This document shows, in pieces, positions 9,031-18,200 of a DNA stretch of 46,294 bases. How positions within the stretch are numbered: position 1 is the stretch's first letter; each line of letters begins with the position of its first letter. The DNA is from a virus (taxonomy: Duplodnaviria; Heunggongvirae; Uroviricota; Caudoviricetes), in the IMG/VR virus record IMGVR_UViG_3300031555_010707, one strand, 5' to 3'. A program made the translations under genes and the position numbers. A model generated the notes under the pieces. It was given only the letters and a program-made list of their open reading frames with translations, was not told where the DNA came from and did not search any database.

Positions 9031-9648
9031 ATGCCAAGAAAAATTACAACTACTCCGTCTGCAGATGCGGTGGAGACTAAGAATGTCGTTAAAAAGACGG
9101 CTGCTCCTGCTAAAGAAGTCAAAACGGCTAAGCAGGAACCACTTGTGGTCGAACAGGAAACTCCTGTGGCCGAAATGGAAACTAAGCAGCAGTATCGCGT
9201 AAAGAATACGCTCACCCCCGGCACTTTTGTTACCGTCAGAAATGGTTTCAATGGACGACTGGTATACAAGAGTTCAAGAACCCACGAAAAATATGTGTGG
9301 GAGGGCTTTGGGGCTGAACAGGACATTGAACTTCAGGAACTGAAGAATGCCAAGAGTGCTCATAAGGCATATTTTGAGCGCAACTGGTTTCTGTTTGACG
9401 ATCCAGAAGTTATTCGTTATCTGGGAGTTGAAAGATTCTATGCTTCCGCTCTGAGTTTTGACGAATTCGACGAACTGTTCACCAAGACTCCTGATGAGAT
9501 CAAGGTTCGTATTGCTGCTATCCCTGACGGACAGAAGCAGTCCCTGATCTATAAGGCGAAGCAGATGATCGCCGATGGAGAAATTGATTCGATTAAGATG
9601 GTCGATGCACTGGAAGAGAGTCTCGGCGTTGAATTGATCGAGCGATAA
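9031..9648 (+). CDS. Hypothetical phage head-associated protein
   Basis: 205 aa, AAAGGA RBS, low-complexity K/A/T N-terminus. Confidence 0.6.
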   Translation: MPRKITTTPSADAVETKNVVKKTAAPAKEVKTAKQEPLVVEQETPVAEMETKQQYRVKNTLTPGTFVTVRNGFNGRLVYKSSRTHEKYVWEGFGAEQDIELQELKNAKSAHKAYFERNWFLFDDPEVIRYLGVERFYASALSFDEFDELFTKTPDEIKVRIAAIPDGQKQSLIYKAKQMIADGEIDSIKMVDALEESLGVELIER

Positions 9649-9663
9649 AGGAGGCGGCGACCG

Positions 9664-10113
9664 ATGACCGTTTCCTATGACGTTTTCACAAAAGCATTCT
9701 TGGATAAAGTTACAGAGTATAGATTCTGTACCTTTAGCGAGAACAACAGACAAGCTCTGGTGGACGGATATATGAAGCGTGCATGTGCCAAATTTGGCGA
9801 GGTGTGCAAGTACGACATCATGAATGGAGATGACGAAACTCGCACATTTACACTCGATGGCATTACCTCTGGCGAGCTTGATGAAATCGCTGATATTGTA
9901 AGCGAAGGTATGCTCGTACAGTGGATGAAGCCATATGTGTTCATGCAGAAGAATCTTGAGATGATCTTGGTCACATCCGATCATTCTGTTCATTCACAGG
10001 CAGAGCTGGTAAACCGTGTTACCGGCTTGTATAGTCTTTGCAACAAGAATTACACCAATATGGTAAGAGAATATTCTTACCGACATGGTGATTTAACGGG
10101 GTTGCATCTATGA
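9664..10113 (+). CDS. Putative head-tail adaptor
   Basis: 149 aa, AAGGAGG RBS, helical, position after capsid. Confidence 0.45.
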   Translation: MTVSYDVFTKAFLDKVTEYRFCTFSENNRQALVDGYMKRACAKFGEVCKYDIMNGDDETRTFTLDGITSGELDEIADIVSEGMLVQWMKPYVFMQKNLEMILVTSDHSVHSQAELVNRVTGLYSLCNKNYTNMVREYSYRHGDLTGLHL

Positions 10114-10439
10114 TGACAATCTATAACACCGAAATCAGTAATCGCATGGTTTCTAATTATATGAACGCTCTCGTTAATAGGTTTTACAAGATTCTGCCTA
10201 TTAAAGAAAGTGGAGAAGATACATTGAAGCGCTACCTTGAGAGTCTCCAGAGAGAAATGATCGGGCTGCGTGATCTTATTGTCTTTATTCAAGACGATGA
10301 TAGGTATCTTACGCTTCTGGCGATTATTCAATATTTCATTGACCACGACACGGATGTGGGCACTGTAAGAACAGATGTATTCAGGGCTATTAGCATCCTG
10401 AAGAAGCTGCAAAAGAAATACTGCACAAGTGAGGGGTGA
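10110..10439 (+). CDS. Hypothetical phage protein
   Basis: 109 aa, ATGA overlap with the upstream gene. Confidence 0.55.
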   Translation: MMTIYNTEISNRMVSNYMNALVNRFYKILPIKESGEDTLKRYLESLQREMIGLRDLIVFIQDDDRYLTLLAIIQYFIDHDTDVGTVRTDVFRAISILKKLQKKYCTSEG

Positions 10440-11236
10440 TACCTTTGAGTGTATGGGAATCATACATGGAAAGAATCTCTCAGGCAGGAACTATGCGCGA
10501 TGCGTTGGTAGAGCAAGCGAGAAGTTCCATCGCTCAAATGTCTTACGATTCCCCCTCCTGCCGCCATGTAAAAATTGATGGCGTATGGCAGCATGTGCTG
10601 ATTACTCATCGTCAGGCATTGAATGAAAAACGCATTTGTTCTATTCCTGGCGAACATCTGACCCATGGTGGACTCGTTGATTTTGCAAGATCGAAGTGGC
10701 TTATCACTGAGCTTGATGCAGACAATGAGATATATGATCGTGGCTTGATGTTGCGATGTAACTATTTGCTGCGTTGGATTGGGTCTGACGGAGAGTTAAA
10801 AGAGAAATGGTGCATTGTTGAAGACGGCACAAAATATCTGATCGGTGAATACACCGAAGATATGATGGCGATTGGTGATGCAAGAATTGCTCTGACGATT
10901 GCTAAAGATAAAGATACAAGCGAATTGTGCAGAGGCGCCCGATTCCTTGTTGACGATCCTGATACGGACAAGCCTTTGGCATATCAGATCACGAAGCCCA
11001 ACAAGCTGTTCAACGTCTTCAACGGAGAAGGCGTTTTCAAATTCATTCTGAATGAAGTTCAGCTTACCAAAGAAGATAATGTGGAGCTTCGAATTGCCGA
11101 CTATACATCGTGGAAGCCAAGTATTCCCAAGGATGGAGATCACATCGATAGTGATCTAACCATTGGACAGATTGTTGATGCTGCCACGGCAAAGGCAAAC
11201 GAAAAGCCGGATGACAACAAAAAGGGGTGGATCTAA
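10436..11236 (+). CDS. Putative head closure/neck protein
   Basis: 266 aa, beta-rich, overlaps upstream stop; synteny. Confidence 0.45.
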   Translation: MIPLSVWESYMERISQAGTMRDALVEQARSSIAQMSYDSPSCRHVKIDGVWQHVLITHRQALNEKRICSIPGEHLTHGGLVDFARSKWLITELDADNEIYDRGLMLRCNYLLRWIGSDGELKEKWCIVEDGTKYLIGEYTEDMMAIGDARIALTIAKDKDTSELCRGARFLVDDPDTDKPLAYQITKPNKLFNVFNGEGVFKFILNEVQLTKEDNVELRIADYTSWKPSIPKDGDHIDSDLTIGQIVDAATAKANEKPDDNKKGWI

Positions 11237-11737
11237 GTGCAGCTTGAGGAATTTTATGACTATAAAAATCTGCTTATGGAGCACCTGTGCTGCGACCCTG
11301 ATATTGTCAAGCTGGTGACGGATAATGATGGGGCTGCTGTGCCAAATCATGATTTGCCCTATTATCAGATTTTTCCCTATGAATATGTACCCGAAACCGT
11401 AAATGATGCAAAAACATTTATCTGCTTTGATACGGATATTGTAAGCGTTCCAAATAAAACGGTGTATGTCCCTGTAATTTATGTGTGGGTTTTCACTCAC
11501 AAGAGTAGGCTTCGTGCAAAAGAAGGCGGATGTACGCTGGATAAAATGGCTGTTGCTGTTAATCGGCTCTTAAACGGTAACAGATACTACGGTTTAGGTG
11601 AACTAAAACTTGATTCAGTAAGACGGTTCAAGCCGATTACTGATTATCAAGGAAGAGTTCTAACTTTCTACGCCAAGGATTTCAACAGAAGATGGACAAA
11701 GCCTGATATTCCTGCTAATCGCAAAGAAGGAATCTAA
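11237..11737 (+). CDS. Putative tail terminator/neck protein
   Basis: 166 aa, GTG start with AAGGGG RBS; synteny. Confidence 0.4.
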   Translation: MQLEEFYDYKNLLMEHLCCDPDIVKLVTDNDGAAVPNHDLPYYQIFPYEYVPETVNDAKTFICFDTDIVSVPNKTVYVPVIYVWVFTHKSRLRAKEGGCTLDKMAVAVNRLLNGNRYYGLGELKLDSVRRFKPITDYQGRVLTFYAKDFNRRWTKPDIPANRKEGI

Positions 11738-12450
11738 TGGCAAGCAAGTTGTATAAAACCAGTATCGAAGTCAGTGACGCTATATCGGTTATGGTTCCAA
11801 CTGTAGGCCAGATTATCGATAACGAGGATGATTACTATCAGGTTGCTTGTATGATAGTTGCTACTCCTTATGATATGATGGTTCAATTGGACGATGCTCA
11901 TATAGACTTTACGAAGATCGATGACTTTGACTTGTTTATACTTCTGTTTGAGAATCTAAGGGCGATGAACACATCACTAATATTTGGCGAACTCGATCTT
12001 TCAGGCATGAAGGTTGCGAGATTCGAAGGTACAGGCGAACTTGTTCTGGTGGACAAAGAACGAGATATTACAATTGATCGTGTTGTTCACGCAAAGCTAT
12101 GCGATAGTATCCGCAATATGCTTCATATGGAGAAGAACAACAAGAAACCTGGTAATGAAGAAGCCCGCAAGTACCTTATTGATAGAGAACGAAAACGCCA
12201 GAAAAGAGCCAAGAGCAAGCAAAGAGATTCTCAACTTGAGAATTATATCGTTGCGCTTGTGAATACAGAGCAGTTTCCTTATAACTACGAAACTGTTCGT
12301 AATATTTCAATTTATCAGTTCTATGCCAGTCTGAATCAGATTGCTCACAAAATTAAATATGACAATACGATGATTGGCTATTACGCAGGAACCATCAAAT
12401 TCGAAGACCTGGCTCCTGCAGATAGAACATGGATACTAAATACCCAATAA
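11737..12450 (+). CDS. Hypothetical phage tail-module protein
   Basis: 237 aa, TAATG overlap with upstream gene. Confidence 0.55.
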   Translation: MASKLYKTSIEVSDAISVMVPTVGQIIDNEDDYYQVACMIVATPYDMMVQLDDAHIDFTKIDDFDLFILLFENLRAMNTSLIFGELDLSGMKVARFEGTGELVLVDKERDITIDRVVHAKLCDSIRNMLHMEKNNKKPGNEEARKYLIDRERKRQKRAKSKQRDSQLENYIVALVNTEQFPYNYETVRNISIYQFYASLNQIAHKIKYDNTMIGYYAGTIKFEDLAPADRTWILNTQ

Positions 12451-12464
12451 GGAGGAAAACTATT

Positions 12465-13262
12465 ATGGTGAATGTTGCAGATCTTATGATTACTTCACTG
12501 GATACGATCACCGCGTATAGCCTGACCGGCGATCCCCGCTTTGTGCTGGATGAGCTTCAGGATGCGACTATCGCAAATACTGAGGAGAAGACCGACATTA
12601 CCGGTAAGAATGGCCGTAAGCTGAATTCTCTGAAGAGAAACAAGGCTGTCAAGATTACTGGTACGAACGGCATTCTGTCCGCAGGTATGATGGAAGCTCA
12701 GGTCGGTTCTCAGTTTGTCAGCAAGGACAGCACTCCTGTTGACCATGTTGACTATCAGGTCATTACTGGCAATGCGGCAACTACTGAATTCAAGGCTGTC
12801 GGTACTGCCGGAGCCGAAATTCGTGCCGTGTATATTGTCGGTGCAAACAACGTGGCTTCTACGAAGCTGACTCAGGACACTACTGTGGGTGAAGGTAAGT
12901 TTACTTATGATCCCGAGACGAAGGCTCTGGCCTTTGCTGAGGGTGCATATCCCGATGGCACTGCCATCCGTGTGTTCTATACCCGCAATATCGCTGGTGA
13001 CGTGCTGGAGAACCTCTCCGACAAGTACAGCGAAAAGCTGCGCCTGACCATTGACGGTACTGCTGAAGACAAGTGCGGCACGATTTACCGCATTCAGTTC
13101 CGCATCCCCAAGGCTGACTTCAGCGGCAACTTCGATCTGGCTCTGGGCGGCGACCAGACTGTTCATGCCTTCGAGGCTGAGTCTCTGGCCGGTTCTTGTG
13201 GCGGTAGCGGTGCCCTGTGGGACTACACCGTTTTCGCCAGCGACGCCGCTGATGCGGCCTAA
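12465..13262 (+). CDS. Major tail (tube) protein
   Basis: TAAGGAGG RBS before ATG 12465; T/G/A-rich beta protein with capsid-like codon bias. Confidence 0.65.
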   Translation: MVNVADLMITSLDTITAYSLTGDPRFVLDELQDATIANTEEKTDITGKNGRKLNSLKRNKAVKITGTNGILSAGMMEAQVGSQFVSKDSTPVDHVDYQVITGNAATTEFKAVGTAGAEIRAVYIVGANNVASTKLTQDTTVGEGKFTYDPETKALAFAEGAYPDGTAIRVFYTRNIAGDVLENLSDKYSEKLRLTIDGTAEDKCGTIYRIQFRIPKADFSGNFDLALGGDQTVHAFEAESLAGSCGGSGALWDYTVFASDAADAA

Positions 13263-13267
13263 TACAT

Positions 13268-13453
13268 ATGCCCAAAGTCACCAAAGAGTGTAAGGTGTGC
13301 GGCAAGCAATATACCGCTTGCTGCACTGCCAACTGGGGTGTATTTCGCTGGCGCGATGTAGCTTGCAGCATGGAGTGCGCACAGGAATATTTCCGGCGCG
13401 TTGAAGAGTCCCGCAAAAAAGATCGGGATGAAAGCAAAGCAAGTGAAGAATAA
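13268..13453 (+). CDS. Small Cys-rich (putative Zn-binding) protein
   Basis: CKVC...CC...CSMEC in 61 aa. Confidence 0.55.
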   Translation: MPKVTKECKVCGKQYTACCTANWGVFRWRDVACSMECAQEYFRRVEESRKKDRDESKASEE

Positions 13454-13465
13454 CCAATGAATGTT

Positions 13466-13510
13466 GGGAGGAGAAATTTTGACGATACGACTTTTCTCCT
13501 CCCTTCTTTT
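13466..13510 (+). terminator. Intrinsic terminator
   Basis: GGGAGGAGAAA ... TTTCTCCTCCC 11-bp stem followed by TTCTTTT. Confidence 0.6.
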
Positions 13511-13537
13511 CAGCGGAATGTTCAACTTGCGACGGAG

Positions 13538-14014
13538 ATGATAATCATAGAGCGTTCAAAATACAATGTTGATCCTGACAAAGCAAAACGAACGTTTGAC
13601 GGAATTGTTTTTGCAAGCGTTATGGAAATGAAATACTATCGGGATGTAGTATTGCCTCTTTCGAGGAGTGGCGAGATTACTCACTATGAATTACAAAAGG
13701 AGTATGTGCTACAACCAAAGTACATCCATGAAGGTAAAGCTATCCGCCCCATTACATATGTGGCGGATTTTTATATCGAATATTCAGACGGGCACATTGA
13801 GGTCATTGATACCAAAGGATGCGCCGATTCTGTTGCAAAGATCAAAAAGAAAATGTTCATGTACCAGTACCCTGATCTTCCATATAGATGGATTACATAT
13901 GTCAAGAAATGGGGCGGCTGGTGTGACTATGATGAAGTAAAACGGCTTAGAAAAGAAGCTAAAGCTGCTGCCAAAGAGGCAGAGAAAGAAAGGACGAACA
14001 ATAATGGCAAGTAA
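13538..14014 (+). CDS. DUF1064-like PD-(D/E)xK nuclease
   Basis: Motifs FDGIVFASVMEMKYY, QKEYVLQP, ITYVADFYIEY, EVIDTKG. Confidence 0.65.
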   Translation: MIIIERSKYNVDPDKAKRTFDGIVFASVMEMKYYRDVVLPLSRSGEITHYELQKEYVLQPKYIHEGKAIRPITYVADFYIEYSDGHIEVIDTKGCADSVAKIKKKMFMYQYPDLPYRWITYVKKWGGWCDYDEVKRLRKEAKAAAKEAEKERTNNNGK

Positions 14015-14708
14015 GAAGTTTACTATCAATACTCTGATGGAATCTATCCCCGAGGTTAACAAGACTGACATCAAGCTCGAAGGCGAATACTTCAAGGATG
14101 TGACCGTTCAGGTGCGGCGCACTCTTCCCTTGGAAGATGCTATGAATTTTGTCAAGGATATTACTGCCACCTGTATCGATGACGAGCAGGCTGAGTTCAT
14201 GCCCGAGCTGTTTGATTTTGCGGTTCGTATGTATGTCGTGATGTACTATGCCAACGTCGATCTGAGCAAGGATGTAAAGAAGGCATATCGCATTCTTTAT
14301 GATACTACGCTGTTCGAGCAGGTATATGCTCATGTAAATACGGCACAGAGCACCAATCTCATTCTCTCTGCCGAAAAGCGTATTGAGCATTGGAAAAACA
14401 TTCTGTCTTCTTCTTTGGCTGGAAAAGTGTCCGAGATGCTGCGCAAGATGGAAGATGTGATGGCTGGCAGCGAAGAGATGATGGCAGCTATCGATGGCGA
14501 TGAGTTCAAGGCCGCTGTTGCTCGTCTTTCTGATTCTGGTGTGCTGAAAACGAACGAGCCTTCTGTTCCTGCGGAATTGAATGATTCTATTACGGAATCT
14601 GTGACACCTGACGACGTTGCCAAAGCAACTGAGCTGATGGCTGGACTTATGCCTCAGAATGCGCCCAGCGCTCCTGGCAATGTTGTATACATGAAGAAAA
14701 AGAAGTGA
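14004..14708 (+). CDS. Hypothetical protein, possible tail assembly chaperone
   Basis: 234 aa helical protein upstream of TMP. Confidence 0.45.
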   Translation: MASKKFTINTLMESIPEVNKTDIKLEGEYFKDVTVQVRRTLPLEDAMNFVKDITATCIDDEQAEFMPELFDFAVRMYVVMYYANVDLSKDVKKAYRILYDTTLFEQVYAHVNTAQSTNLILSAEKRIEHWKNILSSSLAGKVSEMLRKMEDVMAGSEEMMAAIDGDEFKAAVARLSDSGVLKTNEPSVPAELNDSITESVTPDDVAKATELMAGLMPQNAPSAPGNVVYMKKKK

Positions 14709-14714
14709 TGAGCT

Positions 14715-15179
14715 GTGGCTATTACTTGGTATGACAACATAGATGATTTGATTGATGCTGTTAGCTCTCCTCCGACCGAGGATGTCATAAAGCTAATTGC
14801 AGATGAAGTCGAAGCCATTTTGCTGAAACACATAAAATCTGACATTTATGGAGTATACACACCCAAAGAGGGTGCGTGGGTCGGCGGGTCTACCTATATT
14901 CGCCGCCATGTTTTAGAAGACAACATTAAATCTACCCTGGAAGCGGATGGAACGCTTGTGACTACCAGTGATGCTCCTGCGGGACAATCTGTAGTCAAGG
15001 GATATAATTTTTCCAATGCGGATTCTGGGTTCTTGCAGCTGCTGGAATCCGGGCATATGGGGATCTGGAAAAACGGTTTTGCCAGACCTGTAGTAGCAAA
15101 TGCGCAGAAGGAAGTTGATAATAGCGCGAAGATTCGCTCCATTCTCGAAAGCGGAACGAAGAGGGTGATGAACAAATAA
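14715..15179 (+). CDS. Hypothetical tail-module protein (HK97 gp10-like?)
   Basis: 154 aa, directly upstream of TMP. Confidence 0.35.
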   Translation: MAITWYDNIDDLIDAVSSPPTEDVIKLIADEVEAILLKHIKSDIYGVYTPKEGAWVGGSTYIRRHVLEDNIKSTLEADGTLVTTSDAPAGQSVVKGYNFSNADSGFLQLLESGHMGIWKNGFARPVVANAQKEVDNSAKIRSILESGTKRVMNK

Positions 15180-15189
15180 CGAGTGCAAG

Positions 15190-15224
15190 GCACGGACGGG
15201 CTAATTGCCCTCCGTGTCTTTTTG
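15190..15224 (+). terminator. Intrinsic terminator/attenuator upstream of TMP
   Basis: GCACGGA-c-GGGC-taatt-GCCC-TCCGTGT followed by CTTTTT. Confidence 0.55.
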
Positions 15225-15242
15225 CATAAGGAAGGTGAGACT

Positions 15243-18200
15243 GTGGCATTTGGTGTAAAAGTTAAGCTGGACGTAGAGGTTATCGGCGGTAGCAAGCTAC
15301 GCTCTCAAATCCAGCAAGCTGTCGAAAACGCTACACAAGGTAAGCCCATAAAGATCAGGCACCTGTCTATTGATCTTGGAAGACAGGAAGCACAACGTAT
15401 TTCTAAACAACTTGAAAGTGCAATTGCCTCACAAGACATTACTATCAAGATCGCAAAGATTGATGCCAGCAAGCCTGTAGCTCAGTTGAAAAAGCAACTT
15501 ACTACTATGCTTAGCGGACTTTCAATTACGGGACTCAAGGATTTCCTTGGTGCGGACGGTGTAGCCAGCTCTTACGACAAAGCGACGGCAGCTGCAAATA
15601 AATTGGCAGAAGCTCAGGAAAATGTCAGAAAAAGAACTGAGGAAGCCAATGTTGCACTTAAGACGCTGAAGACCGTTCAGTCTACGCTCAATACAGTTTT
15701 CAAGAGTTCTTCCGGCGTTGGCGATCAAGCCAAGCTGGAGGCTTATCTTACTACATATCGTGAGCTTCTTGTTGCCAGCGAATCTGCGAAAAATATGCAG
15801 GGTGATGCGCAGGCAGCAGAAGTAATTCGAATTACAGCCGCCACCGTTGCGCTGAAGCAGCAGGTTGATGCTCAGCTTGAAGCCGAAAAGGCTGCGAAGA
15901 AGAAAGCGACGGCAGCAAAATCTGCGGAAGAAACCGCACGTCAGGCTTCAACAGAAGCTGAACGACAAATGCGGAAAGAAGCCACTCTGGCTAAGCAAAT
16001 ATCTCAGCTCTACCAAAGAATAAATGCGTGGGCTAAGAATAATCCAAAAGCATATGCTGCGAACAAAGTAGCTATTGATGCCATGTTGTCAAGTCTTAGC
16101 AACGGAAGCATTGAGGCTGCTTCAGGGTTAAAGCAACTGGATGCTCGCTTCCAGGAGATTATAACTTCTACTCAGCAAGCGGGGCTTACAGGAAAAACAT
16201 TTTTTGACGTTCTAAAGGCTGGTTGGGCAAAGTTCGGAGGCTGGACGCTTGTTACTAAGAGTATGATGGCTGCCATTAACACCGTAAAAGATATGGTGAA
16301 AGCGGTTATTGAACTCGATACTGCAATGACTGAGTTGAAAAAAGTTACTGATCTCTCTTCTCAGGCATATGCAAACTTTGCAGCAAAAGCGACGCAGACA
16401 GCAAAACGCATTGGAGCAAGTGTAGCTGATACAGTAAGTGCCACTGCAGATTTTGCAAGACTTGGTTATAACATAGAAGAGGCTGCTTCTTTGGCTGAGG
16501 CAGCGTTGGTCTACAAAAACGTCGGCGACGGAATCGAAGATATTACTATTGCAACTGAATCTTTGATTTCAACGCTTAAGGCATTTGGCATTGAAGCCAA
16601 TAGTGCAATGAACATTGTTGATATGTTCAACGAAGTTGGCAATAACTTTGCAATTTCTTCCAGCGGCATTGGCGATGCACTTCAGCGTTCCGCATCAGCG
16701 CTTGCGGCTGCCGGCAATACTATTGAGCAGAGTATCGGTCTGGTAACTGCTATGAACTCCGTAGTTCAGAACCCCGAATCGGTTGGTACTGCACTTAAGA
16801 CACTTACGATGTATCTTAGAGCCGCAAAGACAGAGGCGGAAGAAGCTGGCGTTGAAACCGAAGGAATGGCGGATAGTGTTGCGGAGCTTCGCGGAGAGCT
16901 GAAGGATTTGACTGGTGTTGACATCATGATTGATGATAGCACTTTCAAATCCACATATCAGATTATCAAAGAAATTGCAAAGGTTTGGGATAGCCTAACT
17001 GACGTAAGTCGAAGCAATGTTCTCAACCTTCTTGGCGGTAAACGCAACGCAAACGTTATTGCATCTCTTATTACCAATTTCGAAGATGCTGAGAAAGCCA
17101 TGAAGAGTGCGATGAACTCTTTGGGATCTGCGACTGTTGAAAACGAAAAGTATCTTGACAGTATTGCTGGAAAAATTTCCGTCTTTAAGGCGAATTTTGA
17201 AGAGCTCTCAAGCACAATCGTCGATTCAGATCTGGTCAAATTTATAGTTGATTTCGGAACTGGCGTTATTGGAGTTCTTACGAAGCTAATCAATGTCATG
17301 AATATGCTCGGTGGACTCAAGACAATACTTCTGGCTGTGTCAAGTGCTTTTCTTGTTCTGAAGGGCGGAATGCTTGGGCTAATGGCAGCAAACACTGTTA
17401 CTGTTCTGTTTACTAAAGTTCGTTCTGCGATTACAAGTATTACCGCAATTGTCCCTTCTGCTATTGCTGCGTGGAAAGCCTATGCCGCAGGTATCGTATC
17501 TGCCAACACTGCCATACAGGCGTCTATTCCTGTTATCGGACTGATTCTTGCTGCAATTTCTGCTGTTGTTGCTGGCGTTTCTTATTTCTCATCAGCAACT
17601 GATAAAGCTGCAGATGAAGCTGAAACATCAATCGAAGACCTGAAGTCAGAATTATCTTCACTATTGGCCTCAACACAATCAATAGTTACCAAATTCAGGA
17701 ATCTTCGAGATTCAGCCGAAGAGACAATTCCAAGATTTATCGAACTTGCAAAGGGAGTCAATTCACTTGGAGAACAAGTTGATTTGACTGATGAAGAATA
17801 TGACGAATTTCTCAGTCTGAACAATCAGATTGCAGAAATGTTTCCGGAACTCAACCTTGGCATGGATAGTAATGGGAATGCCATGCTTTCTTTGTCCTAT
17901 TCCGCTGAAACTCTTACAAAGTCCTTGTGGGGATTAGTGGAAGCACAAAGAGCTGTTGCTAACGAAGAATTGGCAAAGACGATGCCAGATGTCTTATCCA
18001 ATCTTGCCGCACAAGGCGAAGAGTATGTCACTCAGCTTGAAAATCTTGATAGAGAAATCTATTATGCTGCTCGTACTATATATTACAATGCGGGTCAACT
18101 TTCAAAAAAAGATTTGCCCAAAGATTACGAGTATGACCAGCGTAAATATGTAGAAATACTGGACAAGTATGGAATCGACTATGTTAATGAATCTGGAAAG

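Noticed and set aside
14685-14720. Programmed -1 frameshift in a tail chaperone gene (AAGAAAAAGAAG)
   Set aside because: Not a canonical X XXY YYZ heptamer, and the next gene has its own ATG at 14715; unsupported without ribosome data
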